The notes under the pieces are model-generated. The model had not been told where the DNA came from. It ran no database searches and saw nothing but the letters and a program-made list of their open reading frames with translations. A DNA stretch of 64,000 nucleotides from Tubulanus polymorphus. Lineage: Eukaryota > Animalia > Nemertea. How positions within the stretch are numbered: position 1 is the stretch's first letter; each line of letters opens with the position of its first letter. The position numbers were made by a program, and so were the translations under genes. Positions 23,525-37,400 of the stretch are shown one piece after another. The stretch lies in NCBI RefSeq assembly GCF_964204645.1, contig NC_134030.1:21536210-21600209 (forward strand). The letters run 5' to 3'.

Positions 23525-24472
23525 ATGATGCCATCATCCGCGGACGAAACTACAACAACGCCGCCTAGCGACGACCGACCGAAACCGATTCCCGCTAAAC
23601 GGATACGTTTCCCCCGCGGCGACGACGAACCGAACGACCTTGACCTCGACGACGAGAATTCCGGTCGCGGATTGTTGTCGACCGATCGAATCATCAAAGT
23701 CGAAAATGACGACGACGACGAGGAGATACCGCCGCCTGTGCCGCCGCGTCGCGAGTCCAAATACAGTCCGGCGAAGCGTAAATCGCGTAATCGCGACGAC
23801 GGCGAGCTGGACGAGTTGACGAAGGAGTTGAACGCGAGTTTAACGGATGCCGGTAATCGCATCGTCACGATCACCGGCACAATTAAACGCGGATCGAAAC
23901 ACGGCCAGGCCGTCGAGGTGCAGCTAAAACTCAGCGAAACGGAGCTACGCCGTTTGTCGACGGTCGTCGCCGCCGATAACACTACCGCGCGTAACCGCCG
24001 GACTTACTGCGGACTCGGCGCCGGTATCCATATCTTGTTGTTATCGGCGCTGTGTTCGCCGGTGGCGTTCGTGATTTCGGCGGCGGTCGCGTTCTACACG
24101 GGTACGATGACCTGGTATAACTTCTATCTCTACTTCAGCGAGGAACGTTCGTTATGTCATAAGATCCTCGTCTGTCCGCTGTTGATTATTTTCTACCCGG
24201 CGTTGATCGTCGCGGCGGTCGTCGCGCTCGGCATCTACGGCGCCGTCGCGCAGGTCTCGTGGTTCTACGCGAGTTGGTCGCGCGAGATGCGCGATCCCGA
24301 GAAAGGTTTCTACGGCTGGCTGTGCGCGAAAATGAATCTCGGCGATTTGACGCCGTACGAAGTGGTCGTGCTGGACGAAGACGCAGCGGTGGCGCCGTCT
24401 GGTGTTAAACAGCGCGAACACGCCGTGCAGGAAATAGTCGATGAGGAGTCGGAGGAACAGTCCTCCGTTTAA
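23525..24472 (+). CDS. TMEM169: Transmembrane protein 169
   Basis: 315-aa GC-rich ORF. An acidic/disordered N-terminus is followed by ITGTIKRG..GQ.V.V.L.L.E.EL and hydrophobic GIHILLLSALCSP...FYTGTMTWYNFYLYFSEE...HKILVCPLLIIFYP...DPEKGFYGWLC...PYEVV, which matches TMEM169 as I recall it. A likely acceptor at 23504-23505 lies upstream. Confidence 0.88.
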   Translation: MMPSSADETTTTPPSDDRPKPIPAKRIRFPRGDDEPNDLDLDDENSGRGLLSTDRIIKVENDDDDEEIPPPVPPRRESKYSPAKRKSRNRDDGELDELTKELNASLTDAGNRIVTITGTIKRGSKHGQAVEVQLKLSETELRRLSTVVAADNTTARNRRTYCGLGAGIHILLLSALCSPVAFVISAAVAFYTGTMTWYNFYLYFSEERSLCHKILVCPLLIIFYPALIVAAVVALGIYGAVAQVSWFYASWSREMRDPEKGFYGWLCAKMNLGDLTPYEVVVLDEDAAVAPSGVKQREHAVQEIVDEESEEQSSV

Positions 24473-24574
24473 TCTCGAACAAAGCGGTCGTGGGTTCGGA
24501 ATTTAAACAACATCGAACATGAACTAAGATCATGGTTTAAAGCGAGTCTACTAAGTGCCACTTTTTAGAAAGGT

Positions 24575-25290
24575 TCGTCCCTTGGACCGGTTCCGTAATC
24601 GAGACTTAAGTTCCGTTTTTGTTCTTAAATCTTAAGGCTGATCTTGAGTTATTAGATTGAACTAAGATGAAATAAGTATATAGAACTAAGTTGGTCTTAA
24701 ACCGGTATTAAGTCTATGAACGGCTGATAACGGCTCCTGGGCCCGGTTGCGCAGTTCTGACTTAAGTCCAAAAGTGGTCTTAAATCGTTAGACTGGTCTT
24801 AAGTGGTTAGATTGGTTATAGAACTGAGTTGGTCTTAGACTGGTCTTAAGTCTAAGCCATGACTATGCAACTGGCCCCTGGGGCTGGTTGCGCAGCCAGG
24901 GACCAGTTGCGCAGTCGTGACTTAAGTCCAAAAGTGGTCTTAAATCTTATGACTGGTCTTAACTTGTTAGATCGGCTATAGAACTAAGTTGGTCTTGGAT
25001 TGGTCTTAAGTCTAAGCCATGACTATGAAAACGGCTTTAGCATATTTTGCACACAAAAAAATGCTAAAAATCATTTGAATTTTGAAACTAAGTGTTGATG
25101 AAGTTTAAATGAAAGCGCTTGTCACTTCTGTTCTATTAACGTGTCCTCTGGGGCCAGTTCCATAGTCAAGACTTAGGACCAAAAGTGGTCTTAAACCTTA
25201 AGACTGATCTTAAGTTGTAAGATTCGCTATAGAACTAAGTTTGTCTTAGACCGGTCTTAAGTCTAAGCCATGACTATGGAACCGGCCCCT
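24575..25290. mobile_element. Cluster of short MITEs (GGGGCCAGTTGC...GACTATGCAACTGGCCCC family)
   Basis: Several copies with GGTCTTAAG subrepeats. Related, amplified sequence lies at 26940-27200, 35690-36280 and 52840-52985. Confidence 0.7.
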
Positions 25291-25786
25291 GGTGCTTGAA
25301 TGACACAGGGGATTTATCTCTACATTTTTGTAATGGTTTGACGAAAATCACGACGTCTATCATGGTCGAAATTTACTAAAAAAAAAACTGCCACTACGCA
25401 CTAATAAAAAGTGCTGAAAACTTTGGTTGTGGTTTCGTGAAATGTAATGGTAATTTTTGCGACGAAATTGCGTCACGCATCATTTGAAATCTACAGTCGA
25501 AACGGCCAGTTGGGTTCGGTGTATCATGAAACTCGTTTCTAGAAACGGTGTTTCTTGTTTCTTGAAACTTGTCCGTTTCATGTTTATCTCGTGTGGCTTT
25601 TCGGGAATAATCGATAATTAATCATGCATTTAATATTTATGAATTGATGAGATTAAATTGATGAACTTGTTTTTTGCATATTTTACAAAATGTATGTTTT
25701 ATATTGTATTACTTAAACGTGTATTTAACGCCCTCTATTAGTGCTTTTTGTTACGAATCTTGTCAAGTGTGCAATAAGTCAAATAA

Positions 25787-26236
25787 GTTTTGTCTGGGAT
25801 CGACTTTTTTGGGGGATATTTCGCTTATACTTTTGAACGCATTTCTCAAATTGGTCTTAATACGACCAGTGAAACTAAAGTCTAAATCAACCATTGTTTT
25901 TATATCCAATTTACACTATTGAAGCGTTACTGCTAAAAAGCCTTAATTTTCTCATGATGAAATGAGAAAAGATCAGCCATTTTTGAAATTCTAACTACGT
26001 TTCCTGACCATGATTTTAGATGATTTGAAAATGATTTCAAATGGTAGGCACGCAAACGTATTGGCAAAATTTATTCAGTCAATAAAATGGCTAAAATCCT
26101 CTTTTCAACATGAGAAAATTGGGACTTTTTAGCAATGCTAGAATGCACAATTCCACTGGTCGCACATATTGAGGCCAAATAAGTGTCAAAAACTTAAGAC
26201 GCGAAATATCCCCAAAAAATTGATCCCAGACAAAAA
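25787..26236. mobile_element. Long-TIR MITE
   Basis: TTTTGTCTGGGATC..GGGGATATTTCGC mirrors GCGAAATATCCCC..GATCCCAGACAAAA, and the inner arms also mirror each other. Confidence 0.7.
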
Positions 26237-28201
26237 TAGACATCAGGAACGGATCCAAGGATAAGGTTCGAGGCCTTTAGATACTTTCTATGTCCTTTTT
26301 GATCGTTGTAAAACAATGACTGCGTCACGTTTGAAAATCTGTGTATGAGCTGCGAGATGCGATGTATTTTTTCGCATTTCCAAATACAGTAAAAGTCTTT
26401 TTAAAACAGCATTTTCTAAAGAAATGCCATTGTTAAGAACCAATGAAAAATATGGCACGATGATTACGTATTTGGCAGGGTGTAATAAAGAATGGTATTA
26501 TTTCTATTGAATTTTCTATTGAGTTAGATTGGCTGGCTGGCTGACTGGCTGGCTGGCTGGCTGATTAACAGTAGTGTTAAAAAGGATGGCCGCATTATAC
26601 CAAACATTGATTGTGTAAAACATGTCCTACCAGATTATGCAATGATTCCATATATGATAAGGCGGTGAATATTTATTACTTCATTCCAGAAAAGGCAACT
26701 CAAAAGGTTTATGAGGGTCTTGTACGAAGGTCCTCGATACCTCCCTCCCGACCCCTGGATCCGTGCCTGCAAACAACGCGTGTTTTTTGTTGTTGATTTG
26801 TTTATATGAACATTTGTTACGCTGTCAGCGTCGCTTTTCAATCGTGTGTTTTTTTATTTTGATCTGTCTCAAATTCTGAAATTCGGTTTTTCGGAAATGG
26901 CCAAAAGCGGCCGAACGTGCTAAAACTCGGAAGGGAGGGGGTCTGTTCCGCAGTCATGGCTGAAGTCACGAAGTGGTCTTGAATCTGAAGACTAGTCTTA
27001 AGTTTTTACATTAGCTTTAGAACTAAGATGTCTCTGTCTGATCTTAAGTCTAAGTCATAAGTGTAATGAGTTTAGACTGGTCTTAAGTTGTTAGATAGGT
27101 TATAGAACCAAAATGAGCTTTAACTGGTCTTAAGCTGTTAGATTGGTTATGGAATCAAATGAGCTTAGACTGTTTTTACGTTGTTAGACCGGTCTTAAAA
27201 CAAAGCCTTGATTGTGTCACTAACATCCTGCCTTTTCTTATTTTAAACTCCACCATAAAGTCACTTTTAACCGAAAAGTATTGATTTATTGATTGCGTGT
27301 TGTTTATGTTGTATTTTGTTGCTGTCTGGTTTTTTGTAGTATTGAAAATATGAATATTAATTATAGTGAAAAATAAAGGCAGAAGTTTTAATCGTAAGTG
27401 ATAAATTCTGTGTTCTTGGTTTTTCGCTTTGAACAGTTGTGAACATTTGGGGCTAATTTGGCGTCGGTTGACAGGCTGGAGGTCACAGTTAATGGAAGAC
27501 CTGTAGTTTGCGCTTTTTCATGATTTAACAAACTCTGCTTTGCCCCAGAATGCCATTTTGGTCACCGCGGCTATATTCACAAGACACATTTTTACAAACG
27601 CACAGAACAACTACTCGGTGTTCTTCTAATAGTTAATGGTTAACATGCACGACTTGCAAGCAGGGTTGGTTGAGCTTGGGTCAGGGTTATTAAAAGCAGC
27701 CGTTGGCGGTAGGGGGCTCGAATCCATGGTCGTGACATAAAAATTTAGAGAATGAAAACGTAACAAAATATATATACATCAACTATTTACAATACTATAT
27801 ATACTATTGGAGGGATCTGTATACATCTAAGCCGGTCTTAATGAATTTAGCTAATTGGACCGTTGGGTTTTTCAGAATATCAAGGTTATTAAAGGTATTC
27901 AAATTCAAATAGTTTTTGCGGGGTTCGTTAAGTATTTAAGGGTGCTAATATACGTAATATAGCGCTCCTAGCGTATATTTATAATACTAAGTAGTTCAGG
28001 TAACGAGTGTCCCATTGAAATAGATTATTTGATGAAATAGATAATTTGATTTTCGTTATCGTCATTGCTTTGAAGTGATGTGTTTAGATCAGAAAACATT
28101 AAGTCACCAATGCATGTTTGTGTTCGCTACAAACAGGTTTTATCGATTCTACATGAAAAGTTTCCACATTCTGATGAAAGTCACATTGATTGACAACTGT
28201 T

Positions 28202-31200
28202 TCAGCGAGTTCTCAAAACCCGTTTATTTCTAGCACGAATAGATTTAACATCAATAGTGAGGATGGTGTAAAGAAGTGGATTCAGTGACGAGTTGATCGG
28301 TAGGAAAAGTACCGCCAACCAAGCCGCCACTTGGTTCGGTATTTCTACTCGCAATACAGCGCAAAACTGAACGATGATTATCGGTAACCAGCAAAATAAA
28401 TTACACAGATTTATCACTAAACTCCTACGTGCCAGAATCAATTCGGTAGGATCAGCTCTACCCGAGCCGGACCTGCTTCCAGATACGAGTCTATACATCT
28501 GTGCATACGTCATCATTATTGTAGCAAGTACGACCGAGTTAAACGCGGCAAATATAGCGAATGAGTATTGCCAGGCGTGGACATTGATGGATAGTAAATT
28601 CATAGGTAAACAAACGCCAGTTGTGCCGTAAAAGTTATTTCCGAAATAAGTAGATGACGATAGCGGTAGCATTGAAATGATGCTTAAAATGATCCAACAT
28701 ATGCAACAAATACCGGATACAGATTTCAAAGATATAATTGGGCTTGCAGAAAATGGATTGACGATATTCGAGTATCTTTGACGGGTTAGAATGAGCAGAA
28801 AAGTCAAAGATCCCTCGCACGAAAGAGTCACTATAATCCCGGCGAGTCGACACAATGAACTATCTGTCCAACTTTCAGAATTTAAGAAATAAACACCTTT
28901 ATAGACGTAATCGGCTCCTGCGATCAGAAACAGATAAATCGACATCAGGAAATCACAGGAGGCAATATTAATGATGAGGATATCCGAAGATGTGTTACGT
29001 GATTCAGAGGTTGAAATTCGAAGTGCTTGAACGCGAATTAAAATGACAATTATGTTCGCAACAAAGCTGAATGAAGCGATCGCCCAAATGATTGCTCTAA
29101 GAACAGTGTTACCCATCAGGTCGGAACAAGATGAAAATTGGTCGGCTTTCGGGAGACACTGGTCAACATTCGGAACCATGCAACAAAATTTGTACGCGTC
29201 AGAAGCCAAAGAACTTAATAATGTAAGTCTGTCAAACACGGTTCTCACTACGGATATGACTTTCGAATTTTTGGTTAGATCCAGATTTCTAAGTTTCGTT
29301 AATCCAGAAAATGCGTCTGGTAAAATGTAATTGATTTTGTTATTGCTAATGTTTAACGACTTTAAAGCGGATAAACCATTGAACACATTTCCACCGAGTA
29401 ATGACAAAGAAAGTCCGTGAAGATCGAGATCGCTTAATGACTTTAAACCTTGAAAACTGTCTTCTTCTAAATAACTCACTGGATTCCCAAAAAGCAAGAG
29501 CATTTTCAAACTATACAAACCGGCGAATGTATTCGCGATCAATGATATTATGCGGTTATATGTAAGATCTAATGTATGTAGATTATGTAGGTTTAAGAAC
29601 GAGTTTGGAACAATATAAGACAAATTGTTACGTGAAATATTGAGGAGATGTAGATAGAGGTAAGAAGAAAACGTGGACTCATTGAATACAACTCGGTTTT
29701 CTGATAAAATCAGAACTCGAGTTGATGCCGAGAAAAGATCAGTAATTTCTACTAAACCAGCATCATCGCAATCAATTAGATGACCTTGACATTTACAATA
29801 CTCAGGACACGTGATGTTACAGTAAGACTCGTCATCAGTGGTACGTTTACAATTTATAACACCATCACAAACTTCAGATTGAGGTATACATCGGTTTTCC
29901 TGGCCACATTTGAACATGCCGGGACATGATAAAGTCTCGCAGTTTCGCTCGTCTTCTGAATTAGGACAATCTGATCGACCATCGCACACCTGTCCCATTG
30001 GTATACAGTAAGATGCTGGACATTTTACAGTACCAGCTGGACATTTGAAATCAGTACAACCTTGTATATGTTCGAGCCTTCTACATACCGGGTAACCAAT
30101 CGGCATCCTTTCTAAAATACATCTATGACCTCTAGCATAACAATGAGGAGAATCGAAAGAACATCTTTGTTCATCAGATTTCTTACATAAGTTTGTGAAG
30201 TTAGTCGTGCAGTAGTTCTCATCATTACAGTGAACTGTAGGATTCACTATAACATTCGATGTTAAAAGTTCATCTTCTTGGAGGCTTCCGCTACAATCTA
30301 CAACACCATCCCGATTCAATAGAGAACTGATACATTCACCGCTGTTACATAGAAACCCGTTGCAAAGTTGCGGACCACACTCCCGCTCGTCGGAGCCGTC
30401 CTTACAGTTAACGATTCCATCACATCGGTACGATCTATCCACACATTGACCACTAGTACAGCGGAATTGTTGGGGCAAACACGGGGGATGAAAACAGGAG
30501 TTCTCATCAGAACCATCCAAACAATCCTTAATGAAATCACAGAATCCACTTATTGATATAACTCGTCCATCTGAACAGTGGAACTGACTGTGTAAGTTTG
30601 AACCCGAACAATCGAGTTCATCTTCACCGTGTTGACAGTCGTTTCTGGTATCACATACGCGATGGTCGCTGATACATCTTTGATCATTACATTTAAACTG
30701 CCACGATTTACAACCGCTTATAGAAGCCAACTCTTCACCAGTTACATTATAGGAACATAGCACGGAATGAACGTTGTTTGTCCGATTATTCCACTGTTTT
30801 ATCGACCATCTCAACGACTCGATAAAAGTTATTCCATCCCTTGTCAAAACTGGTTCGATCACTTGAAACATTTTCCTAGCATCCATAGTCAGTATAGCGC
30901 CATATTGGTGTTTAAAACTGAACGCGTCAATTAATGCTTTTATTTCATTTTCCACGTGATTAGCTACAATGCCTATTTCAGCGTGAAGGTCACGACACAT
31001 TTTCGTAGCGCTTCGAATATCCAAACTTCGATTGTTGTTCCAATCTGTGAGCATTTGACAACATTTGCCGTCCACATTTTGCCAACCTCTTTTACAAGTC
31101 GAGTCATTGGTTGTATTGGAATTTAGAAAATTTTTATTTCCAGTTAGAAATACGATATCGTTATGAGTATCAGTTATTTCTAGGATAGTCGTTGTATTTT

Positions 31201-34200
31201 GATTTTCAACTGTCGAATTATCCACGCGTTCTGAATCGACGTCAATTCTATCCGATTCACAAATGAAAGTTGTTCGAGTCTCCTCGATTTGACACGGGAA
31301 TCGAACCCAGTTCGCTGATCCTCGTGGATTATTCAGTATCATCGCCGCACACAGCATATTGACGTCATTTATCGGTTGTTTTCGTAGAGGAGATATCAAT
31401 CCTGGAATAACTTCTGGTATCGTTTCGTTTATCATAGCAGGTTTAAACCACTCTGTGTAGCTCAATGGTTTGCCATCAGTCCACGTGTAATAACCATTAT
31501 TCTGTTAAGATAGAATTCATTTTCATTTATCGACTGCAAAAAATGGTTTCAGCATTTTTATTAACCACTTAATTAACCATTAACGATTCAAAAACTTAAC
31601 TACTATTAGCGTTAAAAACCCCACTCCATGGCAATGTCACGCCGGGAGTGACAGAGAAAACCTGAAATATGGTCGTGGTCACTTTACAGGTGACTAGCCT
31701 ACTGACCTAATTTTCCGTTAGATGGCGAACTAGTCGAGTTTAGTATTTTCTACATTTGACCATTCAACTACTGTTAAAAGTTTAGGGCATTCAAATCTTT
31801 TGTCTGAAGTCAAGTTAAATCAAATAGTCAGTTACAGTACTTTATATTTTATTATCCTTTTCAATATTGTTTGCATTAATTCTGTTTGGTAATTTATATC
31901 AATTTAGAGTCTTTCGATTTGAATTTATTGTACATTTTACAATCTTCTGCATTAATTAATTCCACAATTAATCACATTTATCATGAATCTTTTGGTTTCG
32001 AATCCGCGTAATATTTGTTCATTTTTCTTTTCTCTCACTATTTCATGTAGAAGTTACCTTGAGTTTTAGCCCGATCATCATTATAAGCGCCTCCTGGGTA
32101 TATCCCTTTCTAAGCAGATTCGTGGCGAATAACCTTTTGACAGAAATCATTTCATCTTGTGAGTTGATACTGAGAAGATGTCCTCCGTATTTCTGTCTAC
32201 AGTAACTTGCAGCATTCTCCCAATTCAGACGTTCATCTCTGATGTATTTGACGCAGGAAATTCCCGAATCTAGAAATCCTGATTTACAGCTGATATCATC
32301 AAACTTTTTTTTTGTTAACTTTTCTAAATTGTATTGTATTTGAAATTTGGGAACGCGACCTCTTATCTCAAAATACAAATCATTGTCGATCAAACTATGG
32401 AATACACTTCCACGTTTAGCATTAGTTCTGCATAATTTTTTTTGATGGAAGGTTCCGCTTATCCGTTGCTTTAAAAGAACTGGGTCTTTGTCCGATAGAG
32501 ATGATTTAGTGCACGGTGTGATCTGAATAAATTTGATTACGAATCTGTAATATTGAAATCGATTATTTTCCATTGGGTTTTCAAAGCTATAATATAAAGA
32601 TGTCAAACTCTCCGATCCAAATCCCGGATAGTTCGGTGATTGTAAGATTCCACATTCATCCCTATCCGGGAAAAACGAAAAACCAAATGAATATGTTGTA
32701 CGCTTTTTCTCTACTTGGCATTTGCGACGCAGTTTAACTATCAATTCTCTTTGCCAGAATTCATATTTGTAGAACAATTTCAAAGTGTTTAATACTAAAC
32801 TGTTATTGAGAAACTGATTAGATAAACTCATTTGCCTATCACATGTTCTACTCGTGTATCGCGCAGGAAAACATGCGTCAATTTGATATTCATATTCTGA
32901 TAATATATTAATGTTTTCTAAAGGAAGGCGCCGGTTTTCGGGTGTAATCACGAGACAGTGCGACGTCATTTTGATCTGATTTTCTTCTTCCTGTAAAACA
33001 TACCCGTCGCAGTCAGTAGGATTGAATCTGAGAGAACGACTTGATTTCGAACTGATGATTGGTGTTACTAGTTGTGGAATCCAATTATCCCAGTTATAAG
33101 CGTATCCTACTACAGTAACCGGTCCTCCTGATGTAATCAAACTGACGACGCTGCGACCGAACCACAGACCATCAGGACAATACGGACCATAGCGTCTAGC
33201 TGTAAAATTACCACCATCATATATATAAAATCCAGCTCTCTCGCACGTCTCTGATAAAACTGTTAGTTTGAAATTATCCTCATAGATATCAACTTTCCGT
33301 TTAAATTCGTATGTATTTATACGATACATTAATGTTGTCTTCTGTGACGTCGGGAACAGAAAGCGAGGATGTAAACCGTAACCGGAGCCAGATATCTACA
33401 AAATATGAAAAATTCATCAGAAAAAATATAAGTATTTTATCATTGAAAGAAATATTAACAGAATTATTTTCATAATTTTCAAATAGATTTTTTTCTAAAA
33501 TTTTCCCTTTTTCGCAATGTTAAAAATGATTTCAAAATTATTATTCAAAGATTTATTTCAATTTCCACTTTTGTTTTAGCAAGTGTTTTTGTCATATTTA
33601 TTTTTTCTATTACAATTCATTTTCTGTGCTTTATATCTAATTTAGATGAAGCCGAGTAGTTACTTTAACTTACCCTGGGTTTGCGGACTTGTACGTCTCC
33701 TATTGAAATAGATTTCACTTCAAATTCAATTTTTACATTCGATTGTAAAACACCTAGTCTTATTAAAACGCACAGTATGACGAGAAAGCCGTCAGATTTA
33801 ACACTCAGTGATTCCAGGTAGTTGTAACCGAGTAAAATATCAGTTCCTACAACGCGTAACCCTTCTAGTTTATATACACCAATGACGTCACCGGATGTGC
33901 TGAGATCACGTGTCCAGTTGAAGACGACGTACTGTAACACCTGCACTGTGATAGACCAGCAGTGTAAGTGTTTTGATCGAGTTATTACGTGTAAACTGTT
34001 GTCATCAGGAATGAGCACTCCTGACTCGTTATTAAAGATTCGAATCAACGGATTAGAGACGTTCCAATCAGATATTCTATACACCTGAACTGATAGTTGT
34101 GTGCTAACGCGTCGGCCTCGTAGCAAACTGATAATAGCTCTGTTAGTTTTAGTATAAAACGATGAAGGGGGATGTCCGGTTTGTTCTGATATAACAGCTA

Positions 34201-34876
34201 TAGGTTCACTGGTGTTCCATCCGTCGTAAATTTGAACAGTTGTCGCTGAATCAGCGCCAGGAGATAATCTGAAATGTATCTGTGTAAACGTCAAATTCAT
34301 AGCAAAACCATCCGGGATCCCGATCCATTCCAAATAAAATTTACATCGATTTAAAAAAATTACGAATTTGTATCCTGTTGAAGTTTGTAATTTGTTTATC
34401 TTGAAATCGTTTTTTCTGCAGTTGTGAATTAATTTCAAATTGTTTCGTTCATAACGATATATGATATAAACCCGACTACCCCGCGCACTATCGACGTTAC
34501 TTCTAAACATCAACGAGACCGAATCGTTGCGGCGGATTTCATGTTTTCCTTCACCGCAGAATCTGTTATCGGACTCACCGACGAGAAGGTAGTTATCACT
34601 ACAGAATATCGACGGCTCGATGTCGTAGTATAGTTTGATGTTGAAAGTTCCCGGTAAAGAGCTGTTGACGAGCCAACGACATTCAACACCGCGCGTAAAC
34701 GACGGGTAATTCGGTGAAACGATGTAACCGGACGTAGAATCGACGGGGTACCAAGTGTTGTTACAAGACGAACTGACCGTCACAGAGTCAGACAGATCAG
34801 CGTGTGCGATGTTAACTCGCCAGACGATCAGCGACGCTATAAACAGCGCTCTCAGTCGATCCATACCGAACAGCAT
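28202..34876 (-). CDS. GRL101-like (LGR/relaxin-receptor-related) GPCR, copy A, ~1946 aa: signal peptide, CUB-like domains, C-type lectin, >=6 LDLa, LRR, 7TM
   Basis: Three exons joined in phase 0: 34876-33674 (AGG|gtaagt), 33395-32058 (AAG|gtaact), 31501-28202. CUB motif SGYIVSPNYP..C.W..C.DNYL..RFCG. A C-type lectin domain (LNWENAASYC..GGHLLSINS..IGL|..WTDG..SYTEW) is split by intron 2. LDLa repeats (C.DGSDE), LxxLxLxxN LRRs, the LGR hinge FCC..C.P..DQFSSCSDL and TM7 LPINSSLNPLLYT follow. Confidence 0.9.
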
Positions 34877-37199
34877 CAACACGACAGAATGAACCGAATC
34901 ATTCAAACTTTAGTTCGGATTTCATTTCGTCGATTAACAACCGAACACAAATTACAGTTCGTCCAATCAGAAAATTCGCTGCGAATTCTTTGAAATAGAT
35001 ATTTTTCGTCGCTGCTGCAATTATTTTGAAACCGATTCCAGTTTTGCATATTTGAACTTTTTGCAGATCAGTTTCTCAATTAGTGACAAATATATATTTC
35101 TAAATTTCATGTTACTTGCTAGCAGTGAAAGATCAAAGGCGTCAATTTATTCAACTAAGCTGTTTAAGTTGGAATTCAGTCCAAGAAACATTTACTAGAG
35201 CTACATTGATGACGTCATGCGTCATGGATTTTCTGTAGTTAGTTCAGACTTTTGAGCTAAAGTGTTGAGATTCAAAGTCAAAATGGATGTATTTCCAGTA
35301 ATATTTGAGTTTCGGAACAAATCCTAACAAACTGACAGATTTGGTCTGGTATTTCCACTTGGGGTCTTGCTAATGCAGGCGTGTGCGACAATAGAAATAA
35401 ATTCTGATGTTGGTGAAGAAGAATCCATTTTGCAGCCCAGTCATTTCACGTACCACCGGATTTTGGAATAAGCTTGGGATTATAGGGATTGGAATAATGG
35501 ACCAAACAAATTTAGGCAGTTCAGATTTTTAGTGCCATTAGTCTTTTTGAAAAAAAAACTACAGTGGAACCTCCTTGCAATTTTATTTAGTCAGCCCAGA
35601 ACTTTGAGTTATTTCGATTATCAAAATTGATATATTTTCAATAATATTTGAGTTTTGCGACCGAACGTGCTAAAACTCGGAAGGGAGGGGGTCTGTTCCG
35701 CAGTCATGACTGAAGTCACGAAGTGGTCTTGAATCTGAAGACTAGTCTTAAGTTTTTACATTTGCTTTAGAACTAAGATGTCTCTGTCTGATCTTAAGTC
35801 TAAGTGATAAGTGTAATGAGTTTAGACTGGTCTTAAGTTGTTAGATTGGTTATAGAACCGAAATGAGTTTAAATAAATTGGTCTTAAGTTGTTAGAGAAC
35901 TAACATGAGCTTAGTCTGGGCATAAGTTGTTAGATTGGTTTTTAACCAAAATGAGCTTTAACTGGTCTTAAGCTGTTAGATTGGATTTGGAATCAAATGA
36001 GCTTAGACTGGTCTTAAGTTGTTAGATTGGTTTTAAACCAAAATGAGCTTAAATAGACTGGTCATAAGTTGTTAGATTGGTTTTAAACCAAAATGATTTT
36101 ATCTTGACTGATCTTCTGTTGATAGATTGGTTATAGAACCAAGTGATCTTAGACTCTGGTCTTGTTAGATTGGTTTTAAACCAAAATGAGCTATAACTGG
36201 TCTTAGGTTGTTAGATTGGTTATGGAATCAAATGAGCTTAGACTGGTTTTATGTTGTTAGACCGGTCTTAAGTCAAAGCCTTGATTGTGTCACTAACCCC
36301 CTGCCTTTTCTTATTTTAAACTCCACCATAAAGTCACTTTTAACCGAAAAGTATTGATTTATTGATTGCGTGTTGTTTATGTTGTATTTTGTTGCTGTCT
36401 GGTTTTTTGTAGTATTGAAAATATGAATATTAATTATAGTGAAAAATAAAGGCAGAAGTTTTAATCGTAAGTGATAAAAGTGATAAATTCTGTGTTCTTG
36501 GTTTTTCGCTTTGAACAGTTGTGAACATTTGGGGCTTATTTGGCGTCGGTTGACAGGCTGGAGGTCACAGGTAATGGAAGACCTGTGGTTTGCGCTTTTT
36601 CATGATTTAACAAACTCTGCTTTGCCCCAGAATTCCATTTTGGTCACCGCGGCTATATTCACAAGACACATTTTTAAAAACGCACAGAACAACTACTCGG
36701 TGTTCTTCTAATAGTTAATGGTTAACATGCACGACTGGCAAGCAGGGTTGGTTGAGCTTGGGTCAGGGTTATTAAAAGCAGCCGTTGGCGGTAGGGGGCT
36801 CGAATCCATGGTCTTTAATATTCAAGCCATGACTATCATGCAACCAGACCTGATAAACGAGCTGTACTTTGGAGTTGTTTCTAGTTTCAGCGCTTGAAAA
36901 TGAAAGAGAGCATCAGAGCACATTTGTGACAAAAACATTTTTTGCTTTCATTAATTGATTTTTATAGATACAATAAAACGACAGTAGTGAATCATACAAC
37001 AATTGACAATCAATTAACATCAACTAGAATATGAGCTACATCGAAATTAGTTCTTTCACTTAACACCAGGGGTCAGTGTGATACAATATCTGGAAAGCAA
37101 ACAAACTCAATTTCACTTCCGTTCAAGAACCATCGTTTTTATAACGGTCTGCCATATCTTAGGCAATACAAAAATGATAGGTTAGAAAATTATGTTATT

Positions 37200-37400
37200 G
37201 AACTTATGGATGATGCTACTTGAATTTAGGATCGGGTGAACCAATTTCAAACCTTCATTTAGACAGACCTGATAGAATATGGCACCGCTTGTAATACTTT
37301 AGCTGACGAATCCCATTATCTCTTTGACTGTACCTTACTTGATGAACCCGTAAAAGCTATTTGGATTTGAATACCTTTGATACCCTTGATATTTTGAGAC
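37200..37400 (+). mobile_element. Degraded LINE ORF2 C-terminal zinc-knuckle fragment
   Basis: Translates TACNTLADESHYLFDCTLL, a DE.H..F.C motif also seen at 50518-50718. Confidence 0.45.

Noticed and set aside
23488-24421. Antisense ORFs over TMEM169 (similar short ones overlie the GPCR and ALIX exons)
   Set aside because: Shadow ORFs of coding sequence with no independent motifs.
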